IMG/VR virus record: IMGVR_UViG_3300047476_000521
Span: 1 to 64,000 of that record
Length of the DNA stretch: 64,000 nt
Source of the DNA: a virus
Reading direction: 5' to 3' (one strand)
Of this stretch, positions 16,330 to 25,890 are shown piece after piece. The position numbers and the translations under genes were made by a program. Every line of letters starts with the position of its first letter. The first letter of the stretch is position 1. The notes under the pieces were generated by a model. It was not told the DNA's origin. It did not search any database and saw nothing but the letters and a program-made list of their open reading frames with translations.

Positions 16330-16461
16330 ATGATCGTTGTATATTACGCTCCCTGTTTTAACGTTTTTTCTGTTACTGGTTACAATTTCAACGATGTGAA
16401 GCCATATAGCTGCGATGCATCCTGGTGGATTGTTCCTGGCACTATCAATCTGGAGAAGTGA
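16330..16461 (+). CDS. small hypothetical protein (DVKPYSCDASWWIVPG paralog 2)
   Basis: identical GAACTCTGGAGGATTGATTATG leader. Confidence 0.6.
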   Translation: MIVVYYAPCFNVFSVTGYNFNDVKPYSCDASWWIVPGTINLEK

Positions 16462-16462
16462 T

Positions 16463-16786
16463 ATGTTTCTTTTATTTGTAGGCTGGGACTATTATCCTGA
16501 GGGTGGATGGAATGACTATTGGGGAACGTATAATACGTTAGAAGAAGCAGAGGCCGCTTATTCGAATATCAAACGTAAAACCGATTGGTGTCATATAGTC
16601 GATATTAGTGGTGAAATTCCTCGCCTTGTAAAGGAGAAGAATGATGTTCGCTGTGACATTTGTGGCAAGCGGTCTGTTATATTTGACTCTTGGTTCAACT
16701 ACTTCCCTTGTGAAGACCACGAACATCTAACGCCCAATCAGTATAAAGACGAGAAAGAAAAGTTGAAAGGTAAGAGGGAACTATGA
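16463..16786 (+). CDS. hypothetical protein (YYPEGGWNDY motif, C-terminal CxxC...CxxH)
   Basis: GGAG SD, ORF. Confidence 0.65.
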   Translation: MFLLFVGWDYYPEGGWNDYWGTYNTLEEAEAAYSNIKRKTDWCHIVDISGEIPRLVKEKNDVRCDICGKRSVIFDSWFNYFPCEDHEHLTPNQYKDEKEKLKGKREL

Positions 16787-16816
16787 CCCATCTAGCAGAA
16801 TTTCTTGAGAAGTAAT

Positions 16817-17026
16817 ATGTTCGTCTATATCGTATTCTATCATATAGCGTATGAGGGAGAATATGCCCAGGCAGTATTCTCGTCCTACGATAAGGCTCGT
16901 TCATTCGAGTTGGAATTGATCTCCAAGATGAGTATAACAGGATCATCTGAATCAACGAGCATTCGTAAGGTTGAGGTGGATAAGGCTGATTATTATGGTT
17001 TTGAACTCGTAGGAGAGGAAGTCTAA
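16817..17026 (+). CDS. small hypothetical protein (VY...VFSS..KA family)
   Basis: ORF; similar to 11202..11339 and 17695..17886. Confidence 0.6.
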   Translation: MFVYIVFYHIAYEGEYAQAVFSSYDKARSFELELISKMSITGSSESTSIRKVEVDKADYYGFELVGEEV

Positions 17027-17266
17027 CATGCGTAATGAAGAACTGCTCGCCGTTATTGGTTTGGGTGTTATGACCCTGGGTATGATCCTATTCCTCACCA
17101 TTATTGTCTATCTTCCGGAGGTGTGATATGGATAAGCCAAAGAAGATTATCTCAGGATCATTCTCATATGTTTGTCGTCAGTCTCGCATATGGAGTGCAA
17201 TGGGCTATCGTATTGTAAAGCAGAAGCGTTGGAGTGATAACTCATATACGTTCGTATTGGAGAAGA

Positions 17267-17449
17267 ATGATGACTGATCTCGTAGATATGATTAAGAACC
17301 GTATTGCTCGAGTATCAATTGATGCCCGATATGGGTGCCCAATGTCATGGGATGAGGCCGAGAAGCTATTGGATATTATTGACAAGCTTCAGGCAGAGGT
17401 AGAGCGGCTGGAGGATTTCATCGAGGAAATCCTTCCCAAGGAGGACTAG
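17267..17449 (+). CDS. hypothetical protein
   Basis: GGAG SD, ORF. Confidence 0.55.
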   Translation: MMTDLVDMIKNRIARVSIDARYGCPMSWDEAEKLLDIIDKLQAEVERLEDFIEEILPKED

Positions 17450-17551
17450 CTCGATCTGAGCCATAAAATATTTTTCAAAAAGATCACTTTTCCGCTTGAC
17501 TTTTCCAGAGATTCAGGTACAATGGAATTATAGGTTGAAACGGAGGTTCTG

Positions 17552-17692
17552 ATGTCTACTATGTCCGCTAATGACGCCCACCGTCTGGAGCTTCAAGTCG
17601 CTATTCAGGAGTGCTATCTGAATGGTGATGCGGCTGGTGCAGCAGAGCTCGAGGCTGAGCTTCAGGAATTCGAAGACTGCATGGAGGATTGA
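17552..17692 (+). CDS. small acidic hypothetical protein (46 aa)
   Basis: promoter TTGACT...TACAAT, GGAGG SD; not in the ORF track. Confidence 0.6.
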   Translation: MSTMSANDAHRLELQVAIQECYLNGDAAGAAELEAELQEFEDCMED

Positions 17693-17694
17693 TC

Positions 17695-17886
17695 ATGAAA
17701 GTCTACGCTGTCGTCACCCCGCTCTCTGATCCCCATGGTGAGTCCACGGATGCGCTCAAGGTTCGTAAAATGTTCAGCACTCGCGAGGCCGCTGCTTCTT
17801 ATGCAAAGAAGTTGAGAGAACGTAATAAGAAGGATGGCGGATATCAGTGGACTTATTCGGTCCGTTCTTATACTATGGGAGCTTGA
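17695..17886 (+). CDS. small hypothetical protein (MKVYAV family)
   Basis: GGAGG SD. Confidence 0.6.
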   Translation: MKVYAVVTPLSDPHGESTDALKVRKMFSTREAAASYAKKLRERNKKDGGYQWTYSVRSYTMGA

Positions 17887-18799
17887 TATGACTATGGCTG
17901 AGATAATTGTGTTCGCTATCTTCGTCTATGCTGCTATGGAGGTTTGATTATGACTAGAATTCGTCTCTTTATCGCCTTTATACTGCTGGCAATTGGTGTT
18001 CTGCTTTTTGGTCCTGAATGGGCTTCCCGGACAATCGAAGAATCGAAAAGGAAATAACCAATGACCGAAGACCAAATTGAACGTATAGTCGAGCGTCAAA
18101 TGACCAACCTAGACCGACAACTGACCAAGGGTATGATTACCCAAGAGGAGTATGAGCAAGAGGTAAAAGAGCTTGACATGTGGGCTCGAGATGAGTATAG
18201 TGCCAGACAATTTTTTCGACAGTATCGGGAGTGGTAATGCCTTATCCAATTCGAACGATTGAACTGTATCAGAGAATGATGGCTGCTCAAAAGCGAGGCA
18301 CATTCACAGAGCATAATCTTCTTGACTTTATGCCGCATTTCTGGTATAATGGATCATATAATGAGTATTATGATACAGCATACTCCCCGAGGAGAAAGAA
18401 GCGATGAGAGAGGCAATAGGTTGGGCTTTACTGTTGGTGCCTTGTCTTTTGTGTTTGTTGGTGATGTGGCTTGGGCGAGACCATTCTGTATAAAGTCGGT
18501 CCTTTAGGAAATCACGAAAACTTGGCTGGGGGACCCGAAGCCTAGTGTCATCTCCGACAACACACCACAAGCTCCAAAGTCGCAACAAAGCTCCAAAGTC
18601 GCATCAAGAAACACTAAGGGACCCGAATCAAAAAAATTCCGCAAAAATTTTTAGGAGCCTGCAATGTTTATCGTCTATGGTATCGCCGATGATGTCATTC
18701 CTTATGGCTTTATCGATACGGTATATGGTGAGATCGAGTATAGTCTTGTATCTGATCGATCAGAATGGTTGGTTCCAGGAACTCAATGGTGGGTGTAAA

Positions 18800-18952
18800 A
18801 TGTCAATCACTGCAATCGTAACAACTACTGGTCTAGTGCTAATCGCTATCTCCATTTTCATGCAGTTCGGTATGATCCCTGGACTTTTCTCTAGTGGTTT
18901 GCTATGCGCGATTTGGGGTATTGGTAAGACATCTTATAGGGATTTGACATGA
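18800..18952 (+). CDS. small membrane protein
   Basis: two hydrophobic segments. Confidence 0.5.
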   Translation: MSITAIVTTTGLVLIAISIFMQFGMIPGLFSSGLLCAIWGIGKTSYRDLT

Positions 18953-19167
18953 AAAGACTAATCTCTGCAATCCAAAACGTTTTGAGTGTGCCCGTATATA
19001 ATGGTATGCGTAAGACACAGGGTCTTCCAGAAATTCATAATGCTGCCATGCGTCATGCATTCATCTATGGTGGTGATGCAGAGTCTCTTATGATTCTTCG
19101 TATCTATGCACTGTATCTGGATAACAATGGATGCTATCCTGATTCCGAAGATAAACTGTGGGTGTAA
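18949..19167 (+). CDS. hypothetical protein
   Basis: coupled ORF. Confidence 0.55.
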   Translation: MKRLISAIQNVLSVPVYNGMRKTQGLPEIHNAAMRHAFIYGGDAESLMILRIYALYLDNNGCYPDSEDKLWV

Positions 19168-19168
19168 A

Positions 19169-19327
19169 ATGTCATATTATGAATTTGTTCTAGTATATAA
19201 TGAAGGTGTTCAGTGGTACAGGGATGGAATGCTTTGTTCTGATAATCCCTATTATGGTGTATCAAAAATCCTTGCTGACAGATTTGACGATGGCTACTGG
19301 GATGCTGAGTATGGAGATAAGTCATGA
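19169..19327 (+). CDS. small RMF/CrpP-like protein
   Basis: YNEG...G..CSDNPY...F.DGYWDA. Confidence 0.45.
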   Translation: MSYYEFVLVYNEGVQWYRDGMLCSDNPYYGVSKILADRFDDGYWDAEYGDKS

Positions 19328-19468
19328 TACGTGAACTTAATTACAGGGTTGTTGGATGTGATGACGAGGTTCATATTGAGAACGTTTCGTTAACGTTAGC
19401 TCGTGTCATTGCAACTATGCTTAATGATATGCATGATCATACATATTTCATTGTAGAGGAAATGGAAG

Positions 19469-19672
19469 ATGAAACTACGTAAGCTTGAAAATAATGCAAA
19501 AGAATATGAATGGGAATCTGGTAAGGCTCGTTATGCCATAATCTATATTCACGATGAGGGACCCGGACCCTCTCCTGTTATCGCAACGTTTGATTCTTTA
19601 TATTGGGCAACAAAGTTTGTTGTGGCTGGAGGCAGTAACATGCGAATTATGGAGATTGTTGATGGAGATTAA
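19469..19672 (+). CDS. hypothetical protein
   Basis: ORF with SD. Confidence 0.55.
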   Translation: MKLRKLENNAKEYEWESGKARYAIIYIHDEGPGPSPVIATFDSLYWATKFVVAGGSNMRIMEIVDGD

Positions 19673-19883
19673 TGGCGCTGTTGACTATGGGTCAATGACA
19701 GATGAAATGCTTCTTGACGAAGTTCATCGCCTGGCCTCTTCCGTTTCATATTACAATGCTGCTGAGGGTAATTGGAGTAGCGAAACTGCAGATCGTGTTG
19801 CTACTAATGCTAAGTTTCGTGCAGCACGTGAAGAACTTGCTCGTCGTAATATGATGTTTGAAAATAGGGGTTATCTATTATGA
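19662..19883 (+). CDS. hypothetical protein
   Basis: GGAG SD, ORF. Confidence 0.6.
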   Translation: MEINGAVDYGSMTDEMLLDEVHRLASSVSYYNAAEGNWSSETADRVATNAKFRAAREELARRNMMFENRGYLL

Positions 19884-20182
19884 AAATTGCTGTTGATCTA
19901 GACTACGAGACTGTTGATGAAATCTTCCTTCAGATCCTTTATGATGGTTATGAAACAACATATCATTGTTATGAAGAAGATGTTCAAAAATTCGTGCAAG
20001 ATCCTACGTCTTGGGCCTTTAAGCGTGAAGATATCTTTAACTCTACAAGAGTTCTTGATGCCTACGAAGTTCTAGCAAAGCATTTTTCCGTAGGAACAGA
20101 GGCAGAAAAGCGTTTGCAGGCTATTCGTGACCGATTAGATTATAAGAATAAGATTGCAAAGGGTATGTCTCAGGTTGATTGA
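19880..20182 (+). CDS. hypothetical protein
   Basis: coupled ORF. Confidence 0.65.
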   Translation: MKIAVDLDYETVDEIFLQILYDGYETTYHCYEEDVQKFVQDPTSWAFKREDIFNSTRVLDAYEVLAKHFSVGTEAEKRLQAIRDRLDYKNKIAKGMSQVD

Positions 20183-20244
20183 CTGTGATTGTGGAAACCT
20201 AAGTATTTTGGTCGGTGGACCGTCTCTGGTAAAAAGGAATACGG

Positions 20245-20433
20245 ATGGCAAAAGATAAGAAATATAGTCAATCTAAAGTTTTTGAATTCAAACCTAAAGA
20301 TAATATTACTGAAAACGAGATAATCGAGTTGCTGGTTCTTATTCGTATTGGTGTCAGTGGCGAATTGTTGGATAAAGCTTCTCCTGAACTAAAAAAACAC
20401 TTCGTTGAAGTTCGAGATAAAAAATCTGCATAA
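20245..20433 (+). CDS. hypothetical protein
   Basis: AAGGA SD, ORF. Confidence 0.65.
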   Translation: MAKDKKYSQSKVFEFKPKDNITENEIIELLVLIRIGVSGELLDKASPELKKHFVEVRDKKSA

Positions 20434-20499
20434 AATATTTCTTGTCTTTGGAATGATATATATAATACATCTATGCTTATCAATTGAAGGATAAATGAA

Positions 20500-20712
20500 A
20501 TGCAAGAATGGCAGTACGATAATCAGTTTTTTATGGAAGGTCGTAGTCATTTTTCTATGGGCGGTTCTGTCGAGGATTGTCCATATAACTACTTGAGCGT
20601 AAAACAAACCGATGAAAAACGGGTGCAGTCTGAACTGTATCGCCAGAAAGAATGGCTTGCTGGTTTTCATTTTGAGTACAAGGAATCTATAGACTCTAAG
20701 AAAATTGCTTGA
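20500..20712 (+). CDS. ribosome modulation factor (RMF)-like protein
   Basis: EGRSHFSMGGSVEDCPY...RQKEWLAGF matches the RMF pattern G...G.S.E.CPY...R..WL.G. Confidence 0.55.
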   Translation: MQEWQYDNQFFMEGRSHFSMGGSVEDCPYNYLSVKQTDEKRVQSELYRQKEWLAGFHFEYKESIDSKKIA

Positions 20713-20749
20713 GAGAGTCTAAGATATTTAACAACTAATGGAGTATAAA

Positions 20750-20932
20750 ATGGATAAGATTACTATTAAGTTCGAACTAACATTCGAAGAAGCTAACGCT
20801 GTTCTCTTTTCTCTAGGTAAGATGCCATATGATCAGGTAGCTGCTCTAGTCGAAAAGCTACGCCAGCAGGCAGCACCACAGCTTCCTTCTCCTGGTCAGA
20901 ATGCGGATTTTGGAGTCGATCCTGCGGAATAA
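20750..20932 (+). CDS. small phage protein (L..EE.N.VL..LG.MPY.QV..L type)
   Basis: GGAG SD, motif. Confidence 0.65.
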   Translation: MDKITIKFELTFEEANAVLFSLGKMPYDQVAALVEKLRQQAAPQLPSPGQNADFGVDPAE

Positions 20933-20999
20933 GGGCTTGACTTTTTAAAAATATCGAGCTATACTATGTATATAATGAAGGTTGTGAAGGAGAACCAAA

Positions 21000-21962
21000 A
21001 TGTCTCATGAGATTGAAATTATTAATGGTATGGCTCAGATGGCTTATACTGGCGCTGTTCCGTGGCATGGTCTTGGTAAGGAAGTTCCTGCCGATCTGAC
21101 TCCGGAACAGATGCTTGAAGCTGCTGGACTCAATTGGGAAGTTCAGAAGTTTCCTACTTTTGCTATTCTGGATGAAAACGATCCAGATAGTGTCATCGAA
21201 ACTGGTCAGTCTGCTCTTATTCGCACTAAGGATAAGAAGCTGCTTGATGTTGTTTCTGATGACTGGAACCCTGTCCAGAATGCTGAAGCGTTTGACTTCT
21301 TTAACGAGTTTGTCATGGCTGGCGATATGGAGATGCATACTGCTGGTTCGCTCAAGGGTGGACAGATTGTTTGGGGCCTCGCAAAGATTAAGGACTCTTT
21401 CGAGCTTTTCAAGGGAGATCAGATTGACTCTTACCTTCTATTTTCTAATTTTCACAAGTATGGCTTTAGCACTGACGTTCGGTTCACACCGATCCGAGTC
21501 GTTTGTAACAATACGCTCACGCTCTCGCTGAGCTCTAAGGTCGAGCGTATGGCCAAGATTTCTCATCGTAAGCAGTTTGTTGCTTCTGATGTAAAGGATA
21601 TGCTTGGTATCGCTACTGATAAGCTGCAGAAGTATAAGGAGATGGCTCAGTTCCTTGGCTCTAAGAAGGCTAAGACCGAATCAATCGTCGAGTACTTCGA
21701 GCGTATCTTTCCTCTCGCTAACGCTACCGAGGGTAAGCGTTCTAAGAATGCGAACATTGCTCTCGGTATCATTGACACTCAGCCTGGTTCGGAGTATGCT
21801 CAGGGAAGTTGGTGGCAGCCGTTTAATGCTGTTACCTTTATGACTGACCATGTTCTGGGTCGTACGGCAGACACTCGTATGCAGTCTGCCTGGTATGGTT
21901 ATAACAAGGGTCTTAAGACCAAGGCTCTTGAACTGGCTGTCGAAATGGCTGAGGCTGCGTAA
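21000..21962 (+). CDS. DUF932 family (phage/plasmid-like) protein
   Basis: PWHGLG, AGLNWEV, PVQNAEAFDFF, TAGSLKGG, TPIRVVCNNTL. Confidence 0.9.
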   Translation: MSHEIEIINGMAQMAYTGAVPWHGLGKEVPADLTPEQMLEAAGLNWEVQKFPTFAILDENDPDSVIETGQSALIRTKDKKLLDVVSDDWNPVQNAEAFDFFNEFVMAGDMEMHTAGSLKGGQIVWGLAKIKDSFELFKGDQIDSYLLFSNFHKYGFSTDVRFTPIRVVCNNTLTLSLSSKVERMAKISHRKQFVASDVKDMLGIATDKLQKYKEMAQFLGSKKAKTESIVEYFERIFPLANATEGKRSKNANIALGIIDTQPGSEYAQGSWWQPFNAVTFMTDHVLGRTADTRMQSAWYGYNKGLKTKALELAVEMAEAA

Positions 21963-22080
21963 TAAAAGAATTGACATCCTACTTGGAATATAGTAGGATG
22001 TCTTTAGTTGATACCGAAGCACATAGTGTGCCAGGATTGACTGTGTAAGGACTATATGTCCAGACCTATGGAGAAGTGAA

Positions 22081-23439
22081 ATGAAGACTACGTTTACTGT
22101 TAAGACTGTTCACGAGCTTATCGACCTTGCAATCAAGGGAAAGCTTAATCCCGACCCTATCTCTCAGCGTCCTGCTACCTCCTCTGGCCCTAAGAAGTCT
22201 CAAGAAATTATTGAGGCCATGCGTAATCATTTTGGCGTGGGAATGATTACAGTTCGAGATATTTCTAACGATCTTAAGATGCAGGAAGTCTATCCTGGCG
22301 TTCATTATCTTGTTATTGATGGTGGACACCGTATTCGAGCGTTTACAGATTTTTATACCAATAAGTTTAAGTTGGCTGGTAAGTATTTCAACGAAACTGA
22401 AGATACATCTTTCCTGAACACGGAAATTCCGTTTGAAATTGTCATCTGCACTTCTGCGGAGGCTACTAAGATTTTCCGTACACGTAATAAGACTACTTCT
22501 GTTAACTTTATTGAGATGATTATGTGCGATGACGAGTCTTCTATTTGTCGCGAAGTTCGTAGCCGTACAAAGTATTATAAGGAATATCAGAACTCTGTTC
22601 ATCCTTTGTTCGAAGCAAAGCGTAATTCTAAGGGCGAATGGGTTCCGGAATGTTTTGATTCTGACATCAACCCCCGTCGTAAATGGGATGAATACGTATT
22701 CATCGCAATTCTTAAGACTATTGGCGGTGGAAACGTTGATGCTGGTCAGCGAGAGATTGAATCTCTTGTTCATGGCGAATATGATGGTAAGAACCCTGTT
22801 TCTAAGAATGTTCTTAAAACAGTTGATCGTTTCTTTGCTGATGTTGATGATTTTAGGTATCGTCGTGGTAAGAAACTTAATGGCGATATCTATGCAGCAT
22901 TTCAACTTGTTTGGTTTGCTCTTTATGAGCAGAATCGCGAGTTTGTTATCAGCGATCGCTATCAGTTCAAGGATAAGTTCATGGAGGCTTATTCTAAGTT
23001 GACTGGTACTGGTAATAGTCTTTATAACGATAAGACTATTAATGTTGGAACAGAAGACGAACCTGAATACGTTTTCGTAAAGGAATTTGTTCGTGTAAAT
23101 ACGAAGAATTTTTCGAACAGCGTTATTCAGCGTCAGTGTGCCAAAATTATTCTTGAAGAAATGGGTAAGGATATTGGAGTTACATTCCGAGACTCTAAGC
23201 GTTCTTTATCTACTGCTAAGCGAGAAGAAATGCTTGCTATTCAGGGGTATAAGTGCGCAATCGATGGAGAACAGTTAACTCTTGAGGACTCTGTTTGGGG
23301 CCACGATACTCCTTGGGCTCAGGGAGGGCAGTTGAAGGACGGCGCTGTTATCCGTAAGTCCCATAACCGCGACATGGGTTGTACTACTCTGGACGAATAT
23401 CGTCTTATCCTCAACATGCGTAAAAATAAAGCTGCTTGA
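22081..23439 (+). CDS. DUF262/ParB-like domain plus C-terminal HNH (GmrSD-like) protein
   Basis: P.SQR, LVIDGGHR, IF.TRN; C-terminal CAIDG...GHDTPWAQGG...HN. Confidence 0.75.
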   Translation: MKTTFTVKTVHELIDLAIKGKLNPDPISQRPATSSGPKKSQEIIEAMRNHFGVGMITVRDISNDLKMQEVYPGVHYLVIDGGHRIRAFTDFYTNKFKLAGKYFNETEDTSFLNTEIPFEIVICTSAEATKIFRTRNKTTSVNFIEMIMCDDESSICREVRSRTKYYKEYQNSVHPLFEAKRNSKGEWVPECFDSDINPRRKWDEYVFIAILKTIGGGNVDAGQREIESLVHGEYDGKNPVSKNVLKTVDRFFADVDDFRYRRGKKLNGDIYAAFQLVWFALYEQNREFVISDRYQFKDKFMEAYSKLTGTGNSLYNDKTINVGTEDEPEYVFVKEFVRVNTKNFSNSVIQRQCAKIILEEMGKDIGVTFRDSKRSLSTAKREEMLAIQGYKCAIDGEQLTLEDSVWGHDTPWAQGGQLKDGAVIRKSHNRDMGCTTLDEYRLILNMRKNKAA

Positions 23440-23487
23440 CAAATCTCTATAAGAGAGATATAATATAAAAAGAATAAGGAGAGAACT

Positions 23488-24618
23488 ATGGCTCGTCGCC
23501 CTGCAATGATCAAGCGTAAACCGAAGACTATTCGAGTCTCTAAGAGCGAACAGTATATCGTTAATCGCAAGTATCTGGGCGACGAGCCTCTCATGGTAGA
23601 CGAGATTAGCCTTAGTCAGTGCTTCACATGGTATAACTATATGTGCACTACTAATGATGCTCGAGACTATCTCAAGGAGTATTTCAAGAATACTGGTAAG
23701 CCAGAACTGGCCAAGAAGCTTTCGAGGATCTCTGACTGTGATATTCCTCTGACGGCTGCTTGGATTGCACGTATGATCTCTCGTGGTCATAAGCCTGCAG
23801 GCTCGACCATGCAGTTCTTTAGTAGCAAAATTCTAAATATGTGGGATAAGGCGAAGGAAGAGCCCAAGCAGGATTCTAATGAAACGCCAAAGGTCTCTAT
23901 CCAGGATCGTATGCGTGAGCGTATGCATGATATTTTGGGAGAAATTGAAGGATTGATTGACGATTATATGTATAAGAATGAAGAGTTTTCTCTTTACGAT
24001 TGGTTGCAGGCGAATAATATTCCTGCTGCTTATGCTACGTCAATTATTTCTAAGTTCTCTCCTGTCCTAGATGAACTTCTAGAGGCATATGAGGGTAAAG
24101 ATGAACAACTCAAGGAAGGCTACCGCCACCTCAAAAAGGCGGATCTCAAGAAGATCATCACGTTCTACAACACCCTCATCGAAGATGCGGAACGGTATTC
24201 TTCAAACACGAAGAAAGTTAGAACGGCTCGCAAACCGCGAACGGTTTCGGTCGAAAAGAAAATCAAGAACCTCAAGTTCCAAAAGGAAGATGCAACTCTT
24301 AAGATTGTTAGTGTCTCTCCAGAAAAAGTCATTGGAGCGATGGAACTCTGGACTTACAATACGAAGTATAAAGTCTTTACACGGCTCGTGGCGATTGATC
24401 GGGGTGGCTTACAAGTCAAGGGCACTAGCATTACGAACTATGACGAAAATAGTTCTATCTCTCGGAGTGTTGGAAGGAAAGAGCCAACTGAGTTTCTCAA
24501 GCGTGTACTCGAAGGTGGCAAACTTGTATTACGAAAAGTCTTGGATGACCTCAAGACAGAAAAGCCTCTGGCGTATCGTATCAACGAAAACACGATTCTA
24601 CTGAGGGTGGTGCAGTGA
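23488..24618 (+). CDS. T4-like phage hypothetical protein
   Basis: long ORF; SIQDRM, LQVKGTSI, RINENTILL motifs. Confidence 0.75.
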   Translation: MARRPAMIKRKPKTIRVSKSEQYIVNRKYLGDEPLMVDEISLSQCFTWYNYMCTTNDARDYLKEYFKNTGKPELAKKLSRISDCDIPLTAAWIARMISRGHKPAGSTMQFFSSKILNMWDKAKEEPKQDSNETPKVSIQDRMRERMHDILGEIEGLIDDYMYKNEEFSLYDWLQANNIPAAYATSIISKFSPVLDELLEAYEGKDEQLKEGYRHLKKADLKKIITFYNTLIEDAERYSSNTKKVRTARKPRTVSVEKKIKNLKFQKEDATLKIVSVSPEKVIGAMELWTYNTKYKVFTRLVAIDRGGLQVKGTSITNYDENSSISRSVGRKEPTEFLKRVLEGGKLVLRKVLDDLKTEKPLAYRINENTILLRVVQ

Positions 24619-25043
24619 AGATTCATAATGAGCCTCGACTTTTAAAACCAGAAAACGTTTCATTAATCGAGGAAAAATATAATGGTAAATATGTTTTCGA
24701 ATCTGCTCTCAAAACTAAAGACGGGAGTTGGACAGACAGAGCCTATGCGATCTTTTACACCGAAGAGCCACATCCCGAAGGTTCGAACTATTTTGCAATC
24801 GGGTGGGACTATTTCGGTAATCTGATTATTACTAATGGCATATCTGCTACTGAGGAGTTTCAAGGCGTTGAATACAAAGGCGAAGTATACTATTCCCGTT
24901 ACAGTCATGATTTTCGTGAGTGCCCTAACGGTCTTTTTGTTGACGGTGGCAGGAACTACACACGTTACGGTGGTTCCGTTTTGAAAGAGTGCAAACTGGT
25001 AAAGATTAGGGTTAATAAGGATCAATTGGAGGTTGTTGAGTGA
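24615..25043 (+). CDS. phage hypothetical protein
   Basis: FY...PHPEGSNYF, YSRYSHDF...VDGGRNY. Confidence 0.7.
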   Translation: MKIHNEPRLLKPENVSLIEEKYNGKYVFESALKTKDGSWTDRAYAIFYTEEPHPEGSNYFAIGWDYFGNLIITNGISATEEFQGVEYKGEVYYSRYSHDFRECPNGLFVDGGRNYTRYGGSVLKECKLVKIRVNKDQLEVVE

Positions 25044-25255
25044 GTAATGATGATAAATGGTTCTTGTTTATTCTATCTGGTTTATTATTTTTATTCATCG
25101 TTGCTATTGTCGAGGGTTCCAAATACGAAGAAGAGTTTGTAGAGAAATGTCATGCAGCTGGTGGTGTGCCATCTAAGTATTATACGATGGTAGGCAAAAC
25201 GCATCGCACAGAGCGTGCCTGCCTTCATCCTCGTGCTATTATTAATATGGAGTAA
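25040..25255 (+). CDS. small membrane protein
   Basis: TM helix followed by KCHAAGGVP. Confidence 0.6.
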   Translation: MSNDDKWFLFILSGLLFLFIVAIVEGSKYEEEFVEKCHAAGGVPSKYYTMVGKTHRTERACLHPRAIINME

Positions 25256-25257
25256 AT

Positions 25258-25644
25258 ATGTCTAGGTTTAAAGAACTCTCGATTCTTGCTTTTTTCTTTG
25301 TTCTCGGCTTTTTGTTTACATATAAAGTTGCTCATGCAGAGGAAACGAATACAGCTCCAATTGAGTTAAAGTGTTATAAGAACGACGAGTTTATGACACT
25401 TATCGCTTCAGAAAAGCTCTTTTCTGTTTTCAACGGCGAAAAGACTCCAACCAGAACTATTGAAGTTCTATCATCAAAGAACCGTAGTATCTATTTTGTT
25501 GAGTATGATACCTCCAAGAGCGGTAGTGCTTTCCAATCAAAGGAATATTGCGTAACACAGAAGATTAATAACCCTTTATTCAATGATAAATTTATTGATT
25601 TTCTTCATGAAGTATTAGAGAAGTCAAAAGGACAAAAGACATGA
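25258..25644 (+). CDS. exported hypothetical protein
   Basis: signal peptide ending AHA. Confidence 0.65.
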   Translation: MSRFKELSILAFFFVLGFLFTYKVAHAEETNTAPIELKCYKNDEFMTLIASEKLFSVFNGEKTPTRTIEVLSSKNRSIYFVEYDTSKSGSAFQSKEYCVTQKINNPLFNDKFIDFLHEVLEKSKGQKT

Positions 25645-25889
25645 GTGAATTAATTGGTTTTCCGACAGGCGGATTAGTGACTAAGCATCCAATCGAAGAA
25701 ATTCGCATGGTTATGTTTCCTAAGATGATGGTGCATCCAGAAACGAAACAGATGGTAATGGTTCCTATGCAGGATCTTCAGTATAAGCGTCAGGGTTCAG
25801 CTGAATGGTTTTCTGTTCGAATTGATGAAATGGAAAAGCACGAGTTTAATCCAGAGGAAAAGAAGAGTAATATTATCGCAGGAGCTTAA
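25641..25889 (+). CDS. hypothetical protein
   Basis: coupled ORF. Confidence 0.6.
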   Translation: MSELIGFPTGGLVTKHPIEEIRMVMFPKMMVHPETKQMVMVPMQDLQYKRQGSAEWFSVRIDEMEKHEFNPEEKKSNIIAGA

Positions 25890-25890
25890 T

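Noticed and set aside
18545-18800. N-terminal part of track ORF 18545..18952
   Set aside because: It runs through the repeat segment and a different-frame small ORF (18664..18798); the real start is more likely ATG 18800.
22066-22905. Long antisense or alternate-frame ORFs (for example 22066..22905, 23275..23790, 8293..8661, 24089..24604)
   Set aside because: They shadow well-supported genes, lack SD sequences and motifs, and are expected from the codon bias.
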